DNA of 64,000 nt from assembly GCA_964605735.1 (NCBI GenBank), contig CAZSDS010000001.1:134771-198770 (forward strand). The letters are read 5' to 3'. Position numbers and translations under genes: made by a program. Every line of letters starts with the position of its first letter. Positions within the stretch are counted from its first letter, which is position 1. The stretch is from an uncultured Candidatus Saccharibacteria bacterium (lineage in GTDB: Bacteria > Patescibacteriota > Doudnabacteria > UBA920 > O2-02-FULL-48-8). Below the pieces are notes generated by a model. It was given only the letters and a program-made list of their open reading frames with translations, did not search any database and was not told where the DNA came from. Positions 46,913-55,806 of this stretch are shown here, in pieces.

Positions 46913-49018
46913 ATGATAGCATCAGACAACGACATTACGCTGTTTGCCAAAACCAACTTCCGAAACAGGGAAGTGCCTTTTGGTATCCGCCGGGATGACC
47001 GCCGCCGCCACATGTACGTGATCGGAAAGACGGGTATGGGAAAAACCACCCTGATCGAAAACATGGTTGTGCAGGATATTATGAATGGCCATGGCGTGGC
47101 GTTTGTAGATCCGCACGGAGACTCAGTTGAAAAGATCCTGAATTATATACCGGCGAATCGCATCAATGATGTAATTTATTTAAACCCGGCTGATGTTGAT
47201 TTCCCAATTGCATTTAACCCGCTGGAAGCGGTAGATCCAAAGCACAAGCATCTCGTTGCTTCCGGTTTGATGGGCGTGTTTACCAAAATCTGGGCCGGTG
47301 TCTGGTCTCCCAGGATGGAATACATTTTACAGAACACCATCCTCGCGCTTTTGGATTCACCCGGCAACACCATGTTGGGGGTGGCCCGCATGTATGTGGA
47401 CAAAGCTTACCGCAAGAAAATCGTTGACAACATCAAAGATCCTGTTGTTAAGTCATTTTGGGTTGATGAATTTGCCAATTACCAGGACAAGTTCCGTACA
47501 GAGGCCGTGGCTCCGATCCAAAACAAGGTTGGCCAGTTCCTGTCCAACGCCATCATCAGAAACATAGTTGGCCAGACCAAAAGCACAATAGACATGCGCA
47601 AAATCATGGATGAAAAGAAGATTTTGCTTCTGAATCTGTCCAAAGGACGCATCGGTGAGGACAGCTCTGCTTTGCTTGGCGCCATGATCATCACCAAGCT
47701 TCAGCTGGCCGCCATGAGCCGCGTTGACGTGCCGGAAGAGGAACGCCCGGACTTTTACCTTTACGTTGATGAATTCCAGAACTTTGCCACGGAGTCATTT
47801 GCCAGCATTTTGTCTGAGGCCCGCAAATACCGTTTGAACCTGATTGTCGCGCACCAGTACATTGGCCAGCTTGTTCAGGATAAAAACACCATTGTCCGGG
47901 ATGCTATTTTTGGGAACGTGGGGACTATGATCACGTTCCGTGTGGGCGCTGACGACGCCGAGTTTTTGGAAAAGGAATTTGAACCAGTCTTTACTATGAA
48001 CGATTTAGTCAACCTTTCCAAGTACAGCATTTATCTTAAATTGATGATTAATGGCGTGGCTTCCAACCCTTTTTCAGCCACAACCCTGCCGCCTATTGCT
48101 GAGGCTACTGGAAACGTGGACAAGGTTATTCGCGTCTCCCGCGAGCGTTATGCTGTGCCGCGGCAGATAGTTGAACAGAAAATCAGCAAGTGGTTAGGCG
48201 CTGAATTCCACGCGGAAGCCGCTAAAGCTGAAAGCGATTCAATGGATGAGGAGGGGGTTTCAGATGAGCTCCGTTTCAGGCACGCACAGCCAAAACCATC
48301 TGTGGTCCCAACTCCAGCAAGGACAGCTCCAGTGATGCAATCAGTGTCGGTTCCGGCCGAGCCGATTCCGGTTTCAACCCGGAAAGAACCGGTCTCAACT
48401 CCGATTACCAAACCTGAGCCGAAAAAAGAGAATAAACAGGAATCCAAGCCAGTGGAGCAAAAAGGAAAGCATTCGTCTAAGAATCATGACAAGCATGCAC
48501 GTTCCCATCAACCGCAAGAGCGCAGGTCAGAACAGTCAGACAGGCATCCAGGAAGGCGTTCCGGAGACAAGAAGAAGCACGAGAACCCTATCTGGGAAAC
48601 AGTCACCAAGCTCACCACAGACAAGATCAAAAGCAGTGTCGAGAAAACCAACCAGGCTTTGGATACCTTAAGCAAATCGCTTCAGGACTCCGTGGTTATT
48701 GACAAGCCTAAATTCACGCCGGCGCCAAAGATAAAAGCTCCCGAGCCGGTCATTCCTGCCAAGCCACGGACACAAGAAACTCATGTCATTGAAAAACCTG
48801 TCCAGAAGCAGGAAAAAAATGACTTCCTGGATCTTGGTTTTACGGAATTGCCAGAACCGGAACATCAAGAGGCTTTGCCGCGCCATTTCAGCGAGCCTGA
48901 ACTTCCTTCACATGATGTGCACCCGGATAACCCTGCAGAATCACCGCACGAGAATATTCAAGACCTTATTTCGCGGCATGGCGAGATAAAGCCGGGGCAA
49001 ACCATCAAGTTTGATTAA
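46913..49018 (+). CDS. VirD4/TrwB/TraG-type type-IV coupling-protein-like ATPase with a roughly 270-aa disordered Pro/Lys/Glu-rich tail
   Basis: HMYVIGKTGMGKTTLIENMV...GVAFVDPHGD (Walker A followed by D-P-x-G-[DE], as in the TrwB/VirD4 nucleotide-binding domain); Walker B FYLYVDEFQNF; no N-terminal TM segment. Confidence 0.7.
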   Translation: MIASDNDITLFAKTNFRNREVPFGIRRDDRRRHMYVIGKTGMGKTTLIENMVVQDIMNGHGVAFVDPHGDSVEKILNYIPANRINDVIYLNPADVDFPIAFNPLEAVDPKHKHLVASGLMGVFTKIWAGVWSPRMEYILQNTILALLDSPGNTMLGVARMYVDKAYRKKIVDNIKDPVVKSFWVDEFANYQDKFRTEAVAPIQNKVGQFLSNAIIRNIVGQTKSTIDMRKIMDEKKILLLNLSKGRIGEDSSALLGAMIITKLQLAAMSRVDVPEEERPDFYLYVDEFQNFATESFASILSEARKYRLNLIVAHQYIGQLVQDKNTIVRDAIFGNVGTMITFRVGADDAEFLEKEFEPVFTMNDLVNLSKYSIYLKLMINGVASNPFSATTLPPIAEATGNVDKVIRVSRERYAVPRQIVEQKISKWLGAEFHAEAAKAESDSMDEEGVSDELRFRHAQPKPSVVPTPARTAPVMQSVSVPAEPIPVSTRKEPVSTPITKPEPKKENKQESKPVEQKGKHSSKNHDKHARSHQPQERRSEQSDRHPGRRSGDKKKHENPIWETVTKLTTDKIKSSVEKTNQALDTLSKSLQDSVVIDKPKFTPAPKIKAPEPVIPAKPRTQETHVIEKPVQKQEKNDFLDLGFTELPEPEHQEALPRHFSEPELPSHDVHPDNPAESPHENIQDLISRHGEIKPGQTIKFD

Positions 49019-49093
49019 CAAGGATTCCCGACGCCGCAAGGTTGATCGGGAGTCTTATTTATGGTAAAATATTTTTTGTTTAAGACTAATCCA

Positions 49094-50173
49094 ATGACCA
49101 GAGCAAACAAGAAAAAAACTGTTGTAGTGGGTCTCTCCGGTGGGGTAGACTCCTCGCTTACTGCAGCTTTGTTGAAGAAACAGGGCTATTTTGTTATTGG
49201 CGTTTTTATGAAGAACTGGTCTGATGATTTTGGCGATTATGGCTGTACTTGGGCTGAGGATGCGGAAGATGCGCGCAAAGTCGCACAGACTTTGGATATA
49301 CCATTTTACGTTTGGAATTTTGAAAAAGAATATTATGCCAAGGTGGTCGAATACTTTTTGAAGGAATATGAGGCGGGTCGCACTCCAAATCCCGATATAT
49401 TGTGCAACAGCGAAATCAAATTTAAAGTCTTTTTGGAAAAGGCTATGGGTTTGGGTGCGGATTTTGTGGCTACTGGGCATTATGCCCGGGTGCGTAAAAA
49501 GGAAGGCGCTTACCAGTTGCTGAAAGGCATTGACCCGTCTAAGGACCAGTCATATTTTTTGTATAGGTTGACCCAGGAACAGTTGGGCAAGGTTTTGTTT
49601 CCCATTGGCGAATATCATAAGAGCGAAGTGCGGGAACTGGCGAAGAAATTCAAACTCCCAACTTATGCAAAAAAGGATTCGCAAGGCATTTGTTTCATCG
49701 GGAAAATCAATGTTACTGAGTTTTTGAAAGAGCATATAAAGGCTGCTGCAGGTGAGATTGTTACAGCCACTGGCCAGGTGGTGGGCAAACACTATGGCTT
49801 GCCATATTACACCATTGGCCAGCGCGAGGGGATTGGAATTGGTGGGCAGGGTCCGTATTATGTAGTCGCAAAGCAATTTGATTCAAACAAGCTCCTTGTT
49901 ACGAACAATAAGAATGATCCCGGGCTTTGGAAAAGGGAGTTTACGGTGGGTGATATTAGCTGGACCGGAAATATACCTCAAATGCCAAGCAAATTGGGGG
50001 TTACCATCAGATACCACCATCCTGATTGCCAGGCCTTGATTAATTCATCGGAAAATGGTATACTTAATATACGTTTTGATCAACCGCAAAGAGCGATAAC
50101 ACCAGGACAGTCTGCAGTCATTTATGACGGCGATGTATGCCTGGGTGGAGGAGTGATCGAGGAAATTCTTTAG
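49094..50173 (+). CDS. mnmA: tRNA-specific 2-thiouridylase MnmA
   Basis: PP-loop VVGLSGGVDSS; catalytic Cys region DILCNSEIKF; GHYARV. Confidence 0.9.
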   Translation: MTRANKKKTVVVGLSGGVDSSLTAALLKKQGYFVIGVFMKNWSDDFGDYGCTWAEDAEDARKVAQTLDIPFYVWNFEKEYYAKVVEYFLKEYEAGRTPNPDILCNSEIKFKVFLEKAMGLGADFVATGHYARVRKKEGAYQLLKGIDPSKDQSYFLYRLTQEQLGKVLFPIGEYHKSEVRELAKKFKLPTYAKKDSQGICFIGKINVTEFLKEHIKAAAGEIVTATGQVVGKHYGLPYYTIGQREGIGIGGQGPYYVVAKQFDSNKLLVTNNKNDPGLWKREFTVGDISWTGNIPQMPSKLGVTIRYHHPDCQALINSSENGILNIRFDQPQRAITPGQSAVIYDGDVCLGGGVIEEIL

Positions 50174-50181
50174 GAGGGACC

Positions 50182-50454
50182 ATGAGTGATCCGTCAGCTA
50201 GTCGGCGTAGCAGTCGCATCGGTTCACGTGCCAAGTACGTTGGCGCGCGTCGGTTTCGGCGGGTCAGAAGGTCTGCAAGTCCCCAGGGCAGCTTGATCGA
50301 GTATCAGGTTTCCCCGGATGCTGTGAGCTTCGATGAAGTGCTCAGAAACACGGACACTGCTCGTCTTCCTCAGCAGACCGACATGTCTCCACTTGCGGAC
50401 GGCGCCTTCCCTTGCTTTGAAGACGCCCTCAATTGCAAGAATGGCTACCACTAG
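50182..50454 (+). CDS. small Arg-rich hypothetical protein (GC-rich)
   Basis: AGGAGGG lies 4 nt before the ATG; a terminator-like hairpin caccccgaccg...cgatcggggtg at 50461-50500. Confidence 0.35.
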   Translation: MSDPSASRRSSRIGSRAKYVGARRFRRVRRSASPQGSLIEYQVSPDAVSFDEVLRNTDTARLPQQTDMSPLADGAFPCFEDALNCKNGYH

Positions 50455-50552
50455 CCGCAATCACACCCCGACCGTTTTTGAAACGATCGGGGTGTTCATT
50501 TTGTTGTTGTTTTGCTATAATATTGGTGAATTATTTAGTAAAACTAGGCAAT

Positions 50553-51065
50553 ATGAATATAAAAGACCTGCCATTTGGCGAGAACGAGAAGTTCAATGTA
50601 GTGGTGGAAATCCCTCAGGGAAGCCAGGATAAGTATGAGTATGATGAAAAGCTTGATGTTATTAAGCTGGATCGCGTGTTGTTCAGTTCGCAAACTTACC
50701 CTGCCAATTATGGATTCATACCCCAAACGCGCGCAGAGGACGGCGACCACACTGATGTGGTTTTGATTACAACCAATCCGATCAATTCAGGATTCATTGT
50801 TACTGCCCGCCCAATCGGATTTATGGAAATGATTGATGGCGGAGAAATCGATAATAAGATTATTGCCGTGCCTACTGAAGACCCAAGGTTCAACGATATA
50901 CAAAGCCTCGATGACTTGCCGGAGCATAAACTGAAAGAAATCCAAAACTTTTTCGAGACTTATAAACTGCTTCAAAACAAGAAAGTGGAAGTTAAGGGTT
51001 TTCAGGGCAAAGACCGCGCCATTCAGGAATTGGAACAGACAAAAGCAGCATACTCAAAAGAATAA
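50553..51065 (+). CDS. ppa: inorganic pyrophosphatase (family I)
   Basis: DKYEYDEK...YPANYGFIPQT...DGDHTDVV metal-binding motifs of family-I PPase. Confidence 0.9.
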   Translation: MNIKDLPFGENEKFNVVVEIPQGSQDKYEYDEKLDVIKLDRVLFSSQTYPANYGFIPQTRAEDGDHTDVVLITTNPINSGFIVTARPIGFMEMIDGGEIDNKIIAVPTEDPRFNDIQSLDDLPEHKLKEIQNFFETYKLLQNKKVEVKGFQGKDRAIQELEQTKAAYSKE

Positions 51066-51365
51066 AAAATCCCGCTCACTAAAGAGCGGGTTTTTTGACT
51101 AAAGGGGTGCAATCCCCAGTTTTTGGAGAAACTGCGTGTCGTTCCACTTGGCTCCAACCAGGGTGGGTGGAGCGTCCAGGTGTCCGTCGTCGTCAGGCAG
51201 AGTTGGTGTGTTGAGCTGATTTCGATCTTGAAGGATCTCCATCACAACCAGAGGCGCCACAAAGAGTATTACTGCGCCGAGAATTTTAAGCATGGCAACA
51301 CCCCCAGGAAGGTTCCTCCGAAAAGCTTTGTTAAATTATAACACAAGCAATCGGTGGATCGCAGA

Positions 51366-51635
51366 CTACATCATGCCCTTGAATTTTTCCATTAGGATCT
51401 GTTTGAGCTGGCCGTTGGCGTCATTGTAGGCTTGCTGGATGTTGTTTTCGATCTCAGAAGGGGATAGCTGGGCTTCAGGAGATACATGGACGCGTTTTAT
51501 TTCATAACTGCCGTTAATGGCGATTTTCAGGGTGCCGTCTTTTGAAACACCTATGACTTCTTCTGATTCCAGTTGTTTTTTCATTTCCCGTGCCTGCTTT
51601 TGCAGGTTATACATGTCTTTAAGTTGTCCGAACAT
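51366..51635 (-). CDS. ybaB: YbaB/EbfC-family nucleoid-associated protein
   Basis: MFGQLKDMYNLQKQAREMKKQLE... is the characteristic YbaB N-terminus. Confidence 0.9.
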   Translation of the reverse strand: MFGQLKDMYNLQKQAREMKKQLESEEVIGVSKDGTLKIAINGSYEIKRVHVSPEAQLSPSEIENNIQQAYNDANGQLKQILMEKFKGMM

Positions 51636-51729
51636 AGAGTGAGTGGGGTTAATTACAAAGCTAGGATATTATACCATGAGACGATAAAAAAAGCCGCAGC
51701 AGTATTGGCGCTGTGCGGCGGTGAATCGG

Positions 51730-52266
51730 TTATTCAGATGAAGCCTTGATCCACCCGAAAACCGAAATTAGCGAGAGGGTTACCGAATACGTTGACACAA
51801 GGACGAACAAAGCCGTCGGTAATACGTAGAACAGCTGATGGATGGAGTAGGCAAGTACTGGCAGGAGAATGCCGGCTGCTGCAACGGTGTTTACAATGCC
51901 AACCAGGGCTTTACTGCGTTGATCTACTCTGATGGCAGGATTCTTCCAGGTGTCAAACACTGACTCTGCTTGTTTTTCGGAAGCTTCGTATTCCTTCCAC
52001 TTCCGGTGCAAAAGGAAACCACCTTTTGCCACAAAGCCCAGAGTCCCGGCAACAATGAAGCAGGCAAAGGCCAGAGATGCCGCGGTGTTGACCACAGCCG
52101 CCAAATACACGGCGAAGATGGACAAGCCGGTGGCGGCGATCGTTGAAACCGCTTCCACTGAAATAACCTGGAACAACATGCCCGTTCTGGCCACAGCCCC
52201 TCGCATGGTGACGTTGGTAAGTTCTTCCAGAAATTTCCTATTCAGACGTTCATCATAGTCACTCAT
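51730..52266 (-). CDS. hypothetical integral membrane protein
   Basis: Four predicted TM helices; no motif. Confidence 0.5.
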   Translation of the reverse strand: MSDYDERLNRKFLEELTNVTMRGAVARTGMLFQVISVEAVSTIAATGLSIFAVYLAAVVNTAASLAFACFIVAGTLGFVAKGGFLLHRKWKEYEASEKQAESVFDTWKNPAIRVDQRSKALVGIVNTVAAAGILLPVLAYSIHQLFYVLPTALFVLVSTYSVTLSLISVFGWIKASSE

Positions 52267-52394
52267 TCACTCCTCCTTTAGAGCATTCAGGGAATAGGAT
52301 ATGATATATAAAATAGCCTGTTTGGTCAAGGGTGTATGTACGGGGGTTGGGGTTGAAAAAAGTAGGTAAATGTACTAGAATAAAGTGTGTTTAT

Positions 52395-52470
52395 TGGGGT
52401 GTAGCCAAGCGGTAAGGCAGTGGACTCTGAATCCACCATTTCCTAGGTTCGAATCCTAGCACCCCAGCCA
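52395..52470 (+). tRNA. tRNA-Gln (anticodon CUG)
   Basis: UGGGGUG acceptor stem; D-arm GCCAAGCGGUAAGGC; anticodon stem-loop GUGGA-CUCUGAA-UCCAC; T-arm CUAGG-UUCGAAU-CCUAG; CACCCCA-G-CCA at the 3' end. Closely resembles E. coli tRNA-Gln. Confidence 0.85.
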
Positions 52471-52602
52471 AAGAAAGTTTTTGACTTTTGTCGAAAACTT
52501 TCTTTTGTTTTGAGCGGCTAGGATTCGAACTCATTTGGTTAAGAATCTTGAGCACAATAATTCAAGAAATTGACGAAATGCCGGCGAGAGAAGTCGAGCC
52601 GG

Positions 52603-52618
52603 CCTAGCACCCCAGCCA
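52603..52618 (+). repeat. 16-nt direct repeat of the tRNA-Gln 3' end (att-like scar)
   Basis: cctagcaccccagcca is identical to 52455-52470; a degenerate copy of the T-arm (ggctaggattcgaactc, about 52515-52531) lies between the two. Confidence 0.6.
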
Positions 52619-52832
52619 TGAAAATTCACCCGTAAATTCGGGTGTTTTTTCTTATGCCTAATTTCACTTTCGGACATTGTTCGAATTTGTTATGCTTTGA
52701 TTATGAAAAACACCGAACTTCACCTTAATGATTTTGGAATTAAATTCTGAGCAATTTACCTAAGGAAGCTCTTATTGCGGAAGAAGATTAGTTTTCTAGT
52801 AACAAACAATTTATTCGAACCCCTGCAAAAAC

Positions 52833-53225
52833 ATGACAAATTACTCAGTTAAAACCGTAACTGAATATATCAATGCCTCGCCAAAAACCGCGCGCTCACA
52901 CCTGAAAGAAATCAGGGCTGCAGTAAAATCCGCAATCCCAAAAGCTGAGGAAAAGATTGGCTATGGCAAACCTTACTATAAAACCAGCCGTTGGGTGGTT
53001 GGTTTTGACGTTTACAAGAACCACATTGGTTTTGAGATTTGGGATGGGCAGTTACCCTCCGAAAAGCGCAAATCTCTGGAAAAAAGCGGATACAAAACAG
53101 GGAACAAAACTTTCCAAATCCGATTCGACCAGAAAGTGCCGACTGCCATGATCAAGAGAATAACCAAAACCCAGGCAAAAAGGGAAGAGGTTAACCTGGC
53201 TAGCAAGAAAGGAGTTAGAAAATAA
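52833..53225 (+). CDS. DUF1801 (YdhG-like) domain protein
   Basis: VTEYINASPKTARSHLKEIRAAVKSAIPKAEEKIGYGKPYYK matches the DUF1801 N-terminal consensus. Confidence 0.65.
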   Translation: MTNYSVKTVTEYINASPKTARSHLKEIRAAVKSAIPKAEEKIGYGKPYYKTSRWVVGFDVYKNHIGFEIWDGQLPSEKRKSLEKSGYKTGNKTFQIRFDQKVPTAMIKRITKTQAKREEVNLASKKGVRK

Positions 53226-53566
53226 AAATTCTCCTTAAAAGAATTTACGAAAAACCCACAAAATCGGATGGTGTAAGAATTTTGGTGGACAGACTCTGGC
53301 CGCGCGGGGTCTCAAAAGATGCCGCTAAACTTGATATGTGGCTGAAGGATATTGCCCCGAGTACGGAATTACGCAAGTGGTTTTCGCACGACCCCAAAAA
53401 ATGGGTTGGCTTCAAGAAAAAATATACAGCTGAACTTAGAAAGAACAAGGATGCTGTTGTAAAACTGAAACAGTTTTTGAAGAAGAAAAAAGTCACTCTG
53501 CTTTATGGAGCAAGGGATAATGACCATAACGAAGCAATTGTAATCAAAGAGTTTTTTGAGAAATAA
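53222..53566 (+). CDS. DUF488 (YeaO-like) protein, no canonical start codon
   Basis: The conserved N-terminus KILLKRIYEKPTKSDGVRILVDRLWPRGVSK... is in frame from the TAG at 53216-53218, with no ATG/GTG before the listed TTG at 53282; a possible ATA start at 53222 overlaps the upstream TAA as ATAA. Confidence 0.6.
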   Translation: MKILLKRIYEKPTKSDGVRILVDRLWPRGVSKDAAKLDMWLKDIAPSTELRKWFSHDPKKWVGFKKKYTAELRKNKDAVVKLKQFLKKKKVTLLYGARDNDHNEAIVIKEFFEK

Positions 53567-53598
53567 AAAACCGCCAGATTTTTTCTGACGGTTGTTTA

Positions 53599-54561
53599 TT
53601 ATTTACTGGAAGCGGTTCGGATTTCTATCAAGCTAATGGCAACACCTGCAAGCAGTCCTCCTATAGCAGCCACGAAACTGCCCGCCCCTAAGTCCATGTA
53701 CGTGAAATTATTGTTTGGAATAAACACACCCCCTAAACCGAAGAATAGTAAGCCGTGGATTAAGCCTGCGAATGCTCCCGCGGTTATTGTGTGAAGTTTA
53801 ATATTCCAGTTGTCTATCATAAACGCTGGAATTAGATATACCATTGTCACCAGCCAAGTAGGTATGTGTAGAAAAGTGTCGCCAGGGGTATACGGTACAT
53901 CATAAATGAGCATTTGCATGAAAACAAAAACAAAAGCTGTTATGGTTGCTGCGTAAGATTTTTTGAATAAACTTGCAGATGTTAGGAATGTTAGGATTAC
54001 AATAAATGCAGTAACAATAACACCTAAATTGCCTAGTATCTGATGTGGTCCTGCAGGTAGAAATGGGCCGAAGAATATCATCGTTACATTAAGAAATAAT
54101 CCCACAAAAGCCGGGCCAAGTGTATTGTTGTGTTTATAGGAGGACTCTTTTCTTAACAGAAGTGAAAACAAAAATAGGCCAGCCATAGCCGCAATAAAAA
54201 TTAACAAATGCGGTGGGCTCCAAACTATGGTTACATCTCTCGGGTTCTCCACTTCTCTATAAGCATGAAGAACTGTATCAATCAGCCCGGCAATGGGGAG
54301 GACCGTAGCGATGACAGCGAGGTGTTTCCACATAACATTTGATGTCACACTGTAAGCTTTCCAGCCCAGGAAAATCGTCCCGATTGCTCCAATGTGAATA
54401 AAGAGGTGAGGGAAAGCAAACAAGGATTCTACCTGCCCAGATAGATGCCAGTAAGCGTCAAAACTCGCACCAAAAGATCCGATAAATAATAGAATGGCTG
54501 TCCATTTTATATAAAAATTTTTATTTTTTGGCATTTTGTTTCTAACAGGTTTTTCTTTCAT
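53599..54561 (-). CDS. hypothetical polytopic membrane protein
   Basis: About 9 predicted TM helices; no motif. Confidence 0.5.
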   Translation of the reverse strand: MKEKPVRNKMPKNKNFYIKWTAILLFIGSFGASFDAYWHLSGQVESLFAFPHLFIHIGAIGTIFLGWKAYSVTSNVMWKHLAVIATVLPIAGLIDTVLHAYREVENPRDVTIVWSPPHLLIFIAAMAGLFLFSLLLRKESSYKHNNTLGPAFVGLFLNVTMIFFGPFLPAGPHQILGNLGVIVTAFIVILTFLTSASLFKKSYAATITAFVFVFMQMLIYDVPYTPGDTFLHIPTWLVTMVYLIPAFMIDNWNIKLHTITAGAFAGLIHGLLFFGLGGVFIPNNNFTYMDLGAGSFVAAIGGLLAGVAISLIEIRTASSK

Positions 54562-54709
54562 TCATTATACCACAGTTTTTATTTTGCAATCGGCCTTTCT
54601 AAAGCAAGAAAAAAGGGCGCTAAAATCCCTAAAAGAAAGTCTGCCAACAAACAAATATTGGTAAATACGATAAAATTTTTATTCGTATGGTATAATTTCC
54701 CTAAGATAA

Positions 54710-55309
54710 TTGATTTTCGAAACAAAAATGACGGAATTATTGATTGAGTACCGGGAGTTTATTGTTCCATTGCATGTGCTTGCTACTACGCTCGGGTTAG
54801 GCGGGGCGATTGTGACTGACTTCATGTTTATGAGGTTCTTGAAGGACTACAGAGTAAGTGCGGAAGAAAAAGAAACACTAGACAACCTCTCCTTGGTTAT
54901 TTGGGGCGGTTTGGCCTTGCTTGTTTTGACTGGGCTCTTGCTCTTCTGGCCATACAAGACTGTTTTGCTCCAAACGCCCTTTTTCCAGATGAAAATGATT
55001 GCAGTGGGTGTAATTCTGGTCAATGGAATTTTTTTGAATTTCTTTGTTTCTCCAAAACTGACTTCGATTGTTTTTAATGATCCCAGCCAGAATTCGCCGG
55101 CTGTAAACAGGGTCCGAAGACTGTCTCCGTTGTTTGGCGGCATTTCCATCACTTCCTGGCTTTATACTTTCTTTTTGGGTTCAATGAGTTCTTACCTTGA
55201 TTACTCTTTTACTTTTTTGCTTTCTGTGTACTTGGTTTTGCTGGCAAGCGGAATCAGTGCAGTTTTTTTGGTAACAAAATTAAAATTTAGGAAAAGAAGG
55301 ATTGAATAA
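54710..55309 (+). CDS. hypothetical membrane protein
   Basis: About 5 predicted TM helices. Confidence 0.5.
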   Translation: MIFETKMTELLIEYREFIVPLHVLATTLGLGGAIVTDFMFMRFLKDYRVSAEEKETLDNLSLVIWGGLALLVLTGLLLFWPYKTVLLQTPFFQMKMIAVGVILVNGIFLNFFVSPKLTSIVFNDPSQNSPAVNRVRRLSPLFGGISITSWLYTFFLGSMSSYLDYSFTFLLSVYLVLLASGISAVFLVTKLKFRKRRIE

Positions 55310-55310
55310 T

Positions 55311-55478
55311 ATGACACACTACGTTTGCGATGGCGGCTGTCAGGGCAATGCCCCTGAACCAGGTGTATGCATGATGGCAACCTGCCCAAGACACGGCATG
55401 CCTTTGCGTGAGTGCAATTGCACGGACGGACAGCATAAACAGGATCAGGAACAAGTCCAGGAAAAGGAAACTGTATGA
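55311..55478 (+). CDS. small cysteine/histidine-rich protein (55 aa), putative metal-binding
   Basis: ATG lies 1 nt after the upstream stop, with AAGGA 10 nt upstream; translation MTHYVCDGGCQGNAPEPGVCMMATCPRHGMPLRECNCTDGQH...; not in the ORF track (<60 aa); stop TGA overlaps the next ATG (ATGA). Confidence 0.4.
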   Translation: MTHYVCDGGCQGNAPEPGVCMMATCPRHGMPLRECNCTDGQHKQDQEQVQEKETV

Positions 55479-55744
55479 GGGAAACTCCAGGGTCCTTACC
55501 TGAAGAGATGCTGGAAGATGATGACTGCAAATATTGCAGTGGGAGCGGCTGCGTACACTGCAGGGGCAAAAAAGCTGATGCATCCGTTCAGGCGCAAATC
55601 AAGGCTAATCTGAAAAAACTGCGTGACCTGGATAAAGAGGCGGAGTTAGGATCAAAATTGGTTGAAGATAATATTGCTGACAGGCCAGATTGGCAAGAGT
55701 TAAAAAAACAGCTCAGCCAGAAACCTGACACTAAAAAACACTGA
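55475..55744 (+). CDS. small zinc-ribbon protein (CxxC-x4-CxxC) with a C-terminal coiled coil
   Basis: CKYCSGSGCVHCRG; translationally coupled to the preceding small ORF; a bidirectional terminator at 55756-55790. Confidence 0.5.
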   Translation: MRETPGSLPEEMLEDDDCKYCSGSGCVHCRGKKADASVQAQIKANLKKLRDLDKEAELGSKLVEDNIADRPDWQELKKQLSQKPDTKKH

Positions 55745-55806
55745 GGCGTTTCATAAAAAAGACCTAACCGAAGTTCGGTTAGGTCTGGTGCTGTGCGTAG
55801 CACGCG

